A stretch of 32,000 nucleotides of DNA from Psychrobacter cryohalolentis K5. GTDB lineage: Bacteria; Pseudomonadota; Gammaproteobacteria; Pseudomonadales; Moraxellaceae. Below are positions 18,965-27,513 of the stretch, piece after piece. Position 1 is the stretch's first letter. The number at the start of each line of letters is the position of its first letter. The stretch lies in NCBI RefSeq assembly GCF_000013905.1, contig NC_007969.1, positions 1,230,001-1,262,000 of the forward strand, read 5' to 3'. Both the position numbers and the translations under genes were made by a program. Under the pieces are notes generated by a model. That model was not told the DNA's origin, did no database searches, and saw only the letters and a list, made by a program, of their open reading frames with translations.

Positions 18965-19750
18965 CTACATTTGATCAAGTGTAGGCAATACTTGTCCATT
19001 ACAGCGATCACCACTTGCATCGAAAGGCAAGTATTGCTCATAATAACGTACGATAAGCCCTTCTAATGCCACGTTTTCTTTAGAATCTTGAGCATTAACA
19101 AAAGCTTCACGTGCTTGTTCAAGCCAGCGGTCAGCCATGCGAAATTGGCTGCCTGCCTGCCGTGAATTATGTTCGCATTGGTCGGTCGCTGCCCAGATTA
19201 ATGCCACTTCACTAAATGCTATTTCACGGGGAGCACTTGCAATACCACCGCTGTCTTTAAGGGCGCTTAACGTTGCCCATAAATCAGGTCGCATTAGCGC
19301 TGATGAGGCAGATATATCTTGGATAAGAACAAGATCGTTTTCTGAGCCTTTTTTTAATGCTTGCAAAATAGCTTCTGCAGATTTTGCCGCTTCTAATCCA
19401 GCAGGTGAGCGACTATTCATGCTGTCTTTATGGATGGCATAGTTGAGCCAAGCTTGGGCTTTATAAGCAAAGTACTGTTGCTGCGCAGTTTTATCTTTTT
19501 GCTGATAATGCTGCAGTTCTGCTAGCATACAGCTCATCGCACGTTGCTGCGTATTTTGGTTTTTATATGTCGCTTTTAAATCCTGACTCTGGCAGTAATC
19601 AGAGGTGTCTACAGTAGTGATATGAGCACTTTTTTGAAGAGTCGTAGCTGTGGTTGATACACATGAAGTCGTTGATAATAGCAAAACAGCTGAAAACGCA
19701 GCACATATTGGATTTTTATAAGTAGCTACTTTAATAGTAGAGTAAAGCAT
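18965..19750 (-). CDS. Hypothetical secreted, probably lipidated, alpha-helical protein
   Basis: The ORF-track start at 19795 is TTG. The ATG at 19750 gives MLYSTIKVATYKNPICAAFSAVLLLSTTSC-VS, a signal peptide ending in a lipobox-like TSC. The mature part is A/Q/L/E-rich (helical) and contains 4 further Cys. Confidence 0.6.
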   Translation of the reverse strand: MLYSTIKVATYKNPICAAFSAVLLLSTTSCVSTTATTLQKSAHITTVDTSDYCQSQDLKATYKNQNTQQRAMSCMLAELQHYQQKDKTAQQQYFAYKAQAWLNYAIHKDSMNSRSPAGLEAAKSAEAILQALKKGSENDLVLIQDISASSALMRPDLWATLSALKDSGGIASAPREIAFSEVALIWAATDQCEHNSRQAGSQFRMADRWLEQAREAFVNAQDSKENVALEGLIVRYYEQYLPFDASGDRCNGQVLPTLDQM

Positions 19751-19847
19751 AACGCGAAAACCTTGTAGTAAGCTGATAAGTATCGGTGCTGGCAATTTTG
19801 AGACTGATTTTATCGCTTATCAAATGCTATAGTCAATTTACTTCAAA

Positions 19848-19876
19848 AATATAGTGCTATTGGAATAAGATGTCAA
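19848..19876 (-). promoter_or_regulatory. Near-consensus sigma70 promoter (TTGACA-N17-TATATT) for the lipoprotein gene
   Basis: The minus strand reads ttgaca tcttattccaatagcac tatatt. It lies in the gap between the 1762-aa gene stop (19965) and the lipoprotein ATG (19750). Confidence 0.55.
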
Positions 19877-19964
19877 AGTCTTTATCTTGCTTTAGTGCAT
19901 GTGAATAAGGAAAAACGATTCCAGAAAAACGTCATTCAAGATGGTGCCTTTTTAATTGACCGTC

Positions 19965-22900
19965 TTATAATGTAGAGGATACAGGTGCTGCACGTTTATT
20001 TTTACGTGGGTCTTCACGCTTAAATAGATCTTCATCAAACTTGAAGCGTAGTCTAAAGTAAGCGCCCTCGATGGTAGTATCGTCATAAGCGATGTCTTCA
20101 TCTTCAAAGCCCATGAAGTTATAACCAAGCGATAACCATAAATTGTTCATTGGATTATAGCCAACTTCAGCGCCAACTAAATAGGCTAGGTCATTTGCTT
20201 GCTTATTCCAATAAGTACCTGCTTGTAAACCAATATCCCAGCGCTCGCTAATATCATATAAGCCACGAGCATACAAAGCATGAGCGGTATTGTCACTTGC
20301 GATACCTTGAGCATCGTATTCGGTATATTTACCTGCATAGTGACCTGATAATGTTAATGGTCGCGTTGGATGGTAGTTACCGCTCCATGACCAGACAATA
20401 GCATCCTTTTGATAAGGGTCATCACCAGTGGCATTATCATCTAAGCGATATTCAAGCTTGGCCAGCATATCAAGCTGATTGCTATCGTAGTCGCGATAGG
20501 CAGCACCAAGTTGAAAGCGATTGATAGTCCGATGACCATCGTCATAATCAACTTTTGAATAAATATCTTTGGCTAATAAAGTCACTTCATCGTTATAGCG
20601 ATAGGCAACGCCAGCACTACCTAATAAGGTGTCACTGGTATCGCCCCAGCGTTTTTCTAGGCGCCCTGATGCTTTGTAATTTTCGTTAGCAAGGTATTCA
20701 ACGCCAAAACCTGCTGCAGTTGAGGTACTGTCTTTCTCACCCTCTAAAGATTCGACACGCTCGAGTAAAGTATTAAGCGTCAAACCTTTTTGCACATACC
20801 ATTTATTCTTTAGACCAATGGCAGCTTCCGCTTCGCGAGCACTGATGGCATCACGCATACGGTATTCACTATAAACCTTGCCATCTTTCATATAAGTGGC
20901 ATCAAAGCCGACAACAGTGCGTTGACGCTCCTCAGAATCGTCTAAACCATAGCTGCCAGACAAGCTATTGATTAAATCATGGCGAGCATAAAGTCGACCT
21001 AAATTACCCAGTGCTGTTTCACCGCCGATAGAGGTTGCGTTACGTGAGCTGTGTTCAATATCTTGCTCATACTCAGCAAATACCAATGAGTTATTTAGCT
21101 TTGGCAAACGCGCGGTTAGACGGGCGCGGGCAGTGGTGCCTTCGATATCTTTTTCAGTGTTGCTGACGTTGCTTAGCGCAGATTGATTAATGATGTCATC
21201 ATTTGCAAAAGTATCATTAGTAATATCCACCACATCTGTTGCTGCTTGGATATTACGTGAGGCTGCTGCTTCTTGTTTATAGTAGCGTACACCAATTTCA
21301 CCAACGATATTTTTGCTTAAACGCTGTTCGATACTGGCCTGTACGCCTTCAGTACTTGCATCAGTAATATGATCTTCTGTGCGTACGCCTTCAAGTTTAA
21401 GCGCAGTCTTTTTCTCGTTTAAAGTGTGGATGATTTCGATGCCAGATTCGGTACGACCAGCAGTTTGTGGTGACGCGCCAGTGACAAAACCGATATCGGT
21501 ATCGTTATGATAGGCTTTTGCACGGGTATGTTTTTTATTATCATAGTCAAGCTCGATACGTAGAGCGTCACCCTCAGCATTATCGCCTGTTAGTTTGTCC
21601 GCATTGATCTGATTGCTTGGCTCGAAATTTGGATTCTCAGCTTTGTTTTTGGCATATTCTGCGACCAGTTTTAGCTTGTCATTAAGTTTAACCACAGTAT
21701 TAACGCTAGCAAGCTCTTCTTTATTAAGTGGATCATCACTATTAATATAGCTGCCACCGATGGCAATTTTATCAGTCAATTGTCGTTTAGCAGCGACGCC
21801 ACCTACCCAATATTTCTCACCACCTTCATCAACTTCGACAGTAACGCGTAGGTAGATAGGGTTGCCATCGATATCTTGGCTAGCAATCGGTGATTTTAGA
21901 TATAAGCTACGGCTAATAGGATCAATTTCATAATCAGCAAAGCGCGTCAAGGTCTCACGGCGCACAATACGTCCAGGATTATTAGCATCACGGGTGATTA
22001 CTTCTATAGTTTCTGAATTTTCTAATACTGCATCAAAATCATTAGCAAGCGGGTAAGGACCTGAAATGCCCAAACCACGAGTTTCATTGACACGCTGTGA
22101 GGTGCTTGTTTCAGCGGCAAAAGCAGTAATACGCGTGTTGCTATCTTCAAACTGGGCTTTGACACCAGTCAGTGTACGATTGTATTGACCGAGCTTAATA
22201 CCTTCATCGTTGTCAATTTGAGTCTTTAAGTCGCCATACATGGCAAATGAGCGACCTTTATCTAGACGTACATATAGCTTGCTCGTCGATTGCGCATCAA
22301 AACCTTTGGCTGATGAGTCGCCGTAAACTGGATAGTATTCGCCCGGCTCGATATCACGGAACAGGCGCTCGCCTTTTTTGTCGCTGTCATAAGCAAGCGT
22401 TAATAGATAATCACCGCGTACTTTGCCTTTTAAGAACATTGCCGCACGACCCGTCGCTGAGTAATCATCGTTACCGGCTATTTCGCGTAATTCTTTTTCA
22501 AATGCACCTTGTGCGTCAGTGATATTACTACCATCAAAGTCTTTGAGCGCTATCGCGCCTTCAACGATACCAACAGCTATTAATGGACGCAATTGAGCCG
22601 TAAACTGTAGCGGAATTACTTGCTTATTGCTGCCTGTATCGATGATCATCTCACCTTTACCGGGTACGCTTGGCGCAGTCACGGAGATCAATAGCTCACC
22701 ACCATTGACAGTAACTTGCGTGCCGGCTTGGTCTTTACTGCTGTCTGCCAAGTTGATACGACCAATATTGGTATCAATGGTGATAGGAGTTGATGCTATA
22801 TAAGGACGACCATCACGATCTTTTAGACTGATAACGATTTGATAATCGCTGACGCCGTCTGCTGCCACCAGTTGTTTTTGGGTACGATAACTAATAGATT

Positions 22901-25238
22901 GTAAAATATCCGGTGTTAATACCTTGATAGTTTGCTCAGAGATAACTTTGCCATTCACGTCGGTTGCGACACCGCGTAAAGTATTAGTGCCACGCTTTAA
23001 ATCGACTGCGTAATAATCAAATGCAGTGACATTTTGCTTTTGTTGTTCAGCCGTTTTACCGATTTGTTCTCTTGATATGGCTTTACCGTTGGCATATAGA
23101 GTGAAAATAGAGCCCAGTGGGGCTTGTACCTGTACCATTTGTTTATAAGTGCTGAGCTGCTGACCTTCACTCAAATTAATGAAAGAGACATTATTAGTTG
23201 CCACTTCTTTAAGGTATTCTTCTAACTCTTTTTCTACAGGAGGTGCAATTTTAGTAATTGCCATCTCAACGCGATTGGCAGATGGGTTGACCATTTCATT
23301 GACGATGGCTGAATCGCATTGAATGCCTGCATCTAAAACATCGTTAGATTTACAGCCGCTGGCATTGATATTGTCTTTATTGTCGCGGTTATAGTCAGGA
23401 TCTAAAGTTAGCTCGCTTTTAACTGCTTGCTCTAAGCGATCGTTTTTGGCACCGATACTTTTGCTACGCGCAACAAGCTCTGCGTTTAAGCGTTCAGTAC
23501 TGTCCGCCATACCGCCAACGATGCCGAAATCGGCACGATGTAACTCGCCATATTTTAGGTCAACGAAACGGCTACCTGCATCGCCAGCATTACGATTGCT
23601 TTGAGTGACCAGTTCTGTGGCGTTTGGAATAGTAGTGCGGTCAACTTTTAGGACGTGGGTTTTAGCACTAATACCATAAAAGTTATATTTACCTTCAGGA
23701 TCAGTGACAGCAAAGTTACCGTTTTCCATATAGATACGCACGCCAGCAACACCAAGCTCACCATTTTGTTTTTGCTGAATGCCATCGCGGTTGATATCGT
23801 GGTAGACCTTACCAACGATGATGCCGTCTGTATTCATAACACCGCGATCGACTTCTACTTTCCACTGGGCTTCTCTTGATACGAGGCTTTGATCTTGCTC
23901 AGTTTTGGCAATAGCAGTCGCACGGTTAATGCCGTCACCGCCTAATGCTGATGAACCAACTAATACGCGATAAGTAATATCTTTACTAGTTTTGGCATCC
24001 ATATTCCCCAGACTTAAAACTTGATATTTGCCATCGGTTTTAAACTCAGTGGTTTGTGCTTTGTCAATGCTCACACTACCACCAACGTAGTCGAAGCCGC
24101 GCGGTAAAGCGTCTTTTAATTCAACGTTATAAGCCGTACTGGTACCATCATTTTTGATATTAATCGTATAATTAACATAATCACCGAGTGAGGCAGTTTT
24201 GACATCACCTTCTTTGGTAACTTGCAGGGTTGGGATATCATTAACGATGGCAATGTTGGTACTAATATTTTCTGTAATTTTTTGGCTTATACCCTGTGAG
24301 TCGATATAAGCATCCAGCTTAGCAACTAAATTAGCACCTTCTAGCGTCTGAATGATATCGTCATTAATGGTATTGGCGTTATTTTCTGTTGGTACTTCGA
24401 TGCGAAACTTTCCAGTATTGTCGCCAGTCTCGAGAGCTTTGAGTGAATATGTATCGCCAGTCTTAGAAGAAGTAATGGTTATCCATACTTGATCGCGTTT
24501 ATTATCTTGAACATTACATTTAGCACAGCTGGCTTCAAGATAGATATTTTCACCCACCTGCGATGTTCTTCTATAGCCATCCCATGAATAAAGCATAAAA
24601 TCGAGACGTGTTTCAACGATGATTAGCTCGTCACTCACTAAAGCGGTAATAGAAGGGTCTTCGACAACAGCAGCACCAAGCTGGATGCTAGCAGTATCAT
24701 CGGCTTTAGCATTGGTATCAGATAATGCTTGTATAGTAAGCTCAATGCTCTCGCTTTGTCCTAAAGCAATCTGAGCGGTTAAATTGTTATTTAACTTAAT
24801 CTCTTTATCAACACCATCATCGAAGCGTCCGTCGTTATTCAAGTCTTGATAGAGTTTTATGTTCGATAAACTATTAGGTATAGTCAGGCTCAAATCGATA
24901 GTCTGATCACTGTAACTGGTATTGGTTAGAAGGTTTTTCCAACTAACGGTCAAGCCAGGGGCGATAGTCTTTGTTGGCGGTGAAGTTAGGCTAATACCAT
25001 ATTGAGGAAAAGCAGACGATTCAACACTCACTTGGTTAGAAGTGCTATTTAGATTAAAGTTAGTACCGTTACTAATAATATAACTGGATTCAGCAGTATT
25101 TTTGATGGATTGTAGCAGAGGGTTAGGCGCTGCTAAGGCTATATTTGATTGCATAAGCAACATTGCCAATGACAGCGCAGAGATCTTCGCTGTACACAAT
25201 GCGATACGATTAGACGGTGTCATTACAGATAGAGTCAT
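19965..25238 (-). CDS. Giant (about 1757-1762 aa) secreted protein: N-terminal Ig-like repeat region (DUF11/TIGR01451, SdrD-B-like, Big_1-like) fused to a large C-terminal outer-membrane beta-barrel-like region
   Basis: The ORF-track start at 25253 is TTG; the first ATG is at 25238. The signal peptide is ...ISALSLAMLLMQSNIALA/APNP. The DUF11 motif is ASLGDYVNYTINIKNDGTSTAYNVELKDALPRGFDYV. The SdrD-B motif is GKVYHDINRDGIQQKQNGELGVAGVRIYMENGNFAVTDPEGKYNFYGI. The Big_1-like motif is LVAADGVSDYQIVISLKDRDGRPY. The last roughly 850 aa consist of amphipathic beta-hairpins with aromatic ends, finishing in GAYFRLRFKF. Confidence 0.8.
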   Translation of the reverse strand: MTLSVMTPSNRIALCTAKISALSLAMLLMQSNIALAAPNPLLQSIKNTAESSYIISNGTNFNLNSTSNQVSVESSAFPQYGISLTSPPTKTIAPGLTVSWKNLLTNTSYSDQTIDLSLTIPNSLSNIKLYQDLNNDGRFDDGVDKEIKLNNNLTAQIALGQSESIELTIQALSDTNAKADDTASIQLGAAVVEDPSITALVSDELIIVETRLDFMLYSWDGYRRTSQVGENIYLEASCAKCNVQDNKRDQVWITITSSKTGDTYSLKALETGDNTGKFRIEVPTENNANTINDDIIQTLEGANLVAKLDAYIDSQGISQKITENISTNIAIVNDIPTLQVTKEGDVKTASLGDYVNYTINIKNDGTSTAYNVELKDALPRGFDYVGGSVSIDKAQTTEFKTDGKYQVLSLGNMDAKTSKDITYRVLVGSSALGGDGINRATAIAKTEQDQSLVSREAQWKVEVDRGVMNTDGIIVGKVYHDINRDGIQQKQNGELGVAGVRIYMENGNFAVTDPEGKYNFYGISAKTHVLKVDRTTIPNATELVTQSNRNAGDAGSRFVDLKYGELHRADFGIVGGMADSTERLNAELVARSKSIGAKNDRLEQAVKSELTLDPDYNRDNKDNINASGCKSNDVLDAGIQCDSAIVNEMVNPSANRVEMAITKIAPPVEKELEEYLKEVATNNVSFINLSEGQQLSTYKQMVQVQAPLGSIFTLYANGKAISREQIGKTAEQQKQNVTAFDYYAVDLKRGTNTLRGVATDVNGKVISEQTIKVLTPDILQSISYRTQKQLVAADGVSDYQIVISLKDRDGRPYIASTPITIDTNIGRINLADSSKDQAGTQVTVNGGELLISVTAPSVPGKGEMIIDTGSNKQVIPLQFTAQLRPLIAVGIVEGAIALKDFDGSNITDAQGAFEKELREIAGNDDYSATGRAAMFLKGKVRGDYLLTLAYDSDKKGERLFRDIEPGEYYPVYGDSSAKGFDAQSTSKLYVRLDKGRSFAMYGDLKTQIDNDEGIKLGQYNRTLTGVKAQFEDSNTRITAFAAETSTSQRVNETRGLGISGPYPLANDFDAVLENSETIEVITRDANNPGRIVRRETLTRFADYEIDPISRSLYLKSPIASQDIDGNPIYLRVTVEVDEGGEKYWVGGVAAKRQLTDKIAIGGSYINSDDPLNKEELASVNTVVKLNDKLKLVAEYAKNKAENPNFEPSNQINADKLTGDNAEGDALRIELDYDNKKHTRAKAYHNDTDIGFVTGASPQTAGRTESGIEIIHTLNEKKTALKLEGVRTEDHITDASTEGVQASIEQRLSKNIVGEIGVRYYKQEAAASRNIQAATDVVDITNDTFANDDIINQSALSNVSNTEKDIEGTTARARLTARLPKLNNSLVFAEYEQDIEHSSRNATSIGGETALGNLGRLYARHDLINSLSGSYGLDDSEERQRTVVGFDATYMKDGKVYSEYRMRDAISAREAEAAIGLKNKWYVQKGLTLNTLLERVESLEGEKDSTSTAAGFGVEYLANENYKASGRLEKRWGDTSDTLLGSAGVAYRYNDEVTLLAKDIYSKVDYDDGHRTINRFQLGAAYRDYDSNQLDMLAKLEYRLDDNATGDDPYQKDAIVWSWSGNYHPTRPLTLSGHYAGKYTEYDAQGIASDNTAHALYARGLYDISERWDIGLQAGTYWNKQANDLAYLVGAEVGYNPMNNLWLSLGYNFMGFEDEDIAYDDTTIEGAYFRLRFKFDEDLFKREDPRKNKRAAPVSSTL

Positions 25239-25279
25239 ATGTTGCTTATCCAATAAAACAAGATGGGGGGGTAAAACTC

Positions 25280-25308
25280 CCCTAGCTTAAGTAAATTACA
25301 AGCTAGGG
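25280..25308 (-). terminator. Intra-cluster hairpin (9-bp stem, GC-clamped) followed by GAGUUUUA: a candidate partial terminator/attenuator between the 683-aa and 1762-aa genes
   Basis: The minus strand reads ccctagctt-gtaatttactt-aagctaggg gagtttta. A second AU-rich hairpin, tataagta-N8-tacttata, lies at about 25316-25339. Confidence 0.4.
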
Positions 25309-25387
25309 AAAGTCTTTATAAGTACCCGTAGATACTTATAGAGTTAAAAGTTCAGTTTAAGTTGATAATCTTAAGCTCAAAATACAA

Positions 25388-27439
25388 TTATGGCGTAGGA
25401 GTAACTACCCTAGCAGTTTTGACTTTTACTTTAAATTGCATGGTTTCAGTTGCTTGAGGCGCTAACATATCAATATTATTAGTAATGGCAGTTCCAGTAT
25501 CAGATGTTGTGCCATTAGTAGTCTCTACAGAATTCGCTACATAGTCAGCCTCATTTGAGAAGTTAGAAAATGCATCTGAGATAACGATATTTTTAATATC
25601 AAAACCTATGCCTGTAGGAGAGGTCGTATCAGCAGAAGAAGTATTTTTCGCTTGGACCTTATAAACAATACATTGGCCAGGCGAAACGTCTTTAATGTCA
25701 GTACTGACAAAATTCGCAGCAGGAGGTGTACCCACACAATCTGCATTTATCGCTTGGGTTTTCAGCAATGTTAAACCGCGAACAGTTGTTCTATCGGTGA
25801 CTGAAACCGATTGAGGCGCGCCTTCCTTACCTGGAATCAAGGTGACCACAGTTTCTTCGAATGTAGGAGTGGTAGAGTTTATTGGTGTAAATATTTTTGC
25901 ATTGGCTGATGACACGTTATATTTAATAGTGACAGTACCATTAGGGGCTATACCATTAGGTAAAGCAGAAAAGAGATCATAGACACCATCGACCGCGGTA
26001 ATAGTTTTATCCACTACTGTTGGTGTTGTGGTGTCGTTGCCATTTGGATAATAAGTGACAGTGACGCTATTAGGAACTATATTAATTTGGTCTGGCAGGT
26101 TACCGTCATTGTCATTGATAGTAAAAGTTAATTCCTCAGCTTTAATGCCCTCGACGTCTTTACCAGTGTTGGTGATGACCGTTTGATGTTTCACTTGACC
26201 GAGAGTACCTGAAGTCGGTGAAATCTCTCTGAAAGTTGAACCAGTTAGTGTTAGAGCTCGCTGAATAGTTGCTGAGGATAGTGGCAGTGTTGAGTCATCA
26301 CCTGGGTTAGCTGGTCGCTGACCGTTGAGGTTATTAATCTCGGTAGTAGGATAGAACGCACCAACATTTTGTTCTCTACTAGTGTCTGTACTATCGATAA
26401 GCGTATTATCAGTATTAGGATTGTTATCCAAGTCATCAGTCACTGTCACGTGATTGATAGCTGTTGCAGGAGTAAGTGTGCCTGTCCCTTTTTTGACTTT
26501 AAATTCAATAGTTATGTTTTGCCCTACTGGGATATTGATACCAGTAATGTTAAAGCCACTAGTACCTACAGCACCCGTATTAATGGGATCGATAGTGCCT
26601 TTAGTCGCAGTAGAACTGGTTTTGATATTAGCTAGTGTTAGTGCCTCTGCCATTACCAGACCATCTGGTAGAATATCTGCAATAGCAATATCAGTAGCAT
26701 CAGCCGTAAATGCAGTGTTGCCATCGTTGGTGACTACAACTCTATAAGTAGCTGTATCATTATCAAGATTATTGAGGTCTAAGCCATTAATAATCGTCTT
26801 AACGATACTAAAGGTAGGAAGCCTTGTAAAAGAGGTGTCAGTATTGATGAGTGTTTTATCTGTACCTAAAAGTGAACTAACCGCAGAGATTTCTAGTGGT
26901 TTGGTTTCACCACCTTTGTTACCAGTGGTTTTGGCATTAATAACAAGTACAATATAATGCCCTTTTTCAAGAGGAAAAACTCTGCCACTAGAGGCACCAT
27001 AGGGCGCATTATCTGTAGTACGAGTTGTATCTTCTACATTAAGCTCGTTATATATCTTATACGAGACAGTAGAGTTGGCCGTATCATAACCGGCAGGAGC
27101 TGTTGGCGTCGTGATAGCATAGTTATCAGTGCGGTTACCCGTGTTGGTCAAAGTATGCGTAAACTGAACAAACCCATTAGGCGCTACTTCTTTTCCAGTA
27201 TTAGTGACAGCAGGAACCAATGAGAATGATGTTTGCTCTGTTACCGTTATTTTTACTGTGTTAGATTCGACTTCTGGTTGAGCCTGACCACTCACATTAT
27301 AGCTAGCGGTAGCTTTGTTAGTAATCTCTACGCTCGTTGATGTTTTAGACGTCTCTACTGCATTAACAGTCGTGCTCATACCTAGTATAGCAGCGACGCC
27401 AATGGCTAATAAGCTGTAATTAAAAGTGCTTGATTTCAT
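25388..27439 (-). CDS. Secreted multi-domain DUF11/Ig-like repeat protein (683 aa), candidate major fibre/shaft subunit
   Basis: GGAG lies 6 nt upstream. The signal peptide is MKSSTFNYSLLAIGVAAILGMSTTVNA. At least 4-5 repeats carry the motif x-Y-x-V-x-V-T-N-x-G-N (FVQFTHTLTNTGNRTDNY, ATYRVVVTNDGNTAFTAD, VKHQTVITNTGKDVEG, PGQCIVYKVQAKNTS). The protein is T/N/S-rich and has only two Cys. Confidence 0.75.
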   Translation of the reverse strand: MKSSTFNYSLLAIGVAAILGMSTTVNAVETSKTSTSVEITNKATASYNVSGQAQPEVESNTVKITVTEQTSFSLVPAVTNTGKEVAPNGFVQFTHTLTNTGNRTDNYAITTPTAPAGYDTANSTVSYKIYNELNVEDTTRTTDNAPYGASSGRVFPLEKGHYIVLVINAKTTGNKGGETKPLEISAVSSLLGTDKTLINTDTSFTRLPTFSIVKTIINGLDLNNLDNDTATYRVVVTNDGNTAFTADATDIAIADILPDGLVMAEALTLANIKTSSTATKGTIDPINTGAVGTSGFNITGINIPVGQNITIEFKVKKGTGTLTPATAINHVTVTDDLDNNPNTDNTLIDSTDTSREQNVGAFYPTTEINNLNGQRPANPGDDSTLPLSSATIQRALTLTGSTFREISPTSGTLGQVKHQTVITNTGKDVEGIKAEELTFTINDNDGNLPDQINIVPNSVTVTYYPNGNDTTTPTVVDKTITAVDGVYDLFSALPNGIAPNGTVTIKYNVSSANAKIFTPINSTTPTFEETVVTLIPGKEGAPQSVSVTDRTTVRGLTLLKTQAINADCVGTPPAANFVSTDIKDVSPGQCIVYKVQAKNTSSADTTSPTGIGFDIKNIVISDAFSNFSNEADYVANSVETTNGTTSDTGTAITNNIDMLAPQATETMQFKVKVKTARVVTPTP

Positions 27440-27513
27440 ATAAAGCTCCGAATTAAAAAGTTCTAGAAGTTACGTTCAAAATAGTAACCAATGTATTTTC
27501 AAGAATGACTGTC

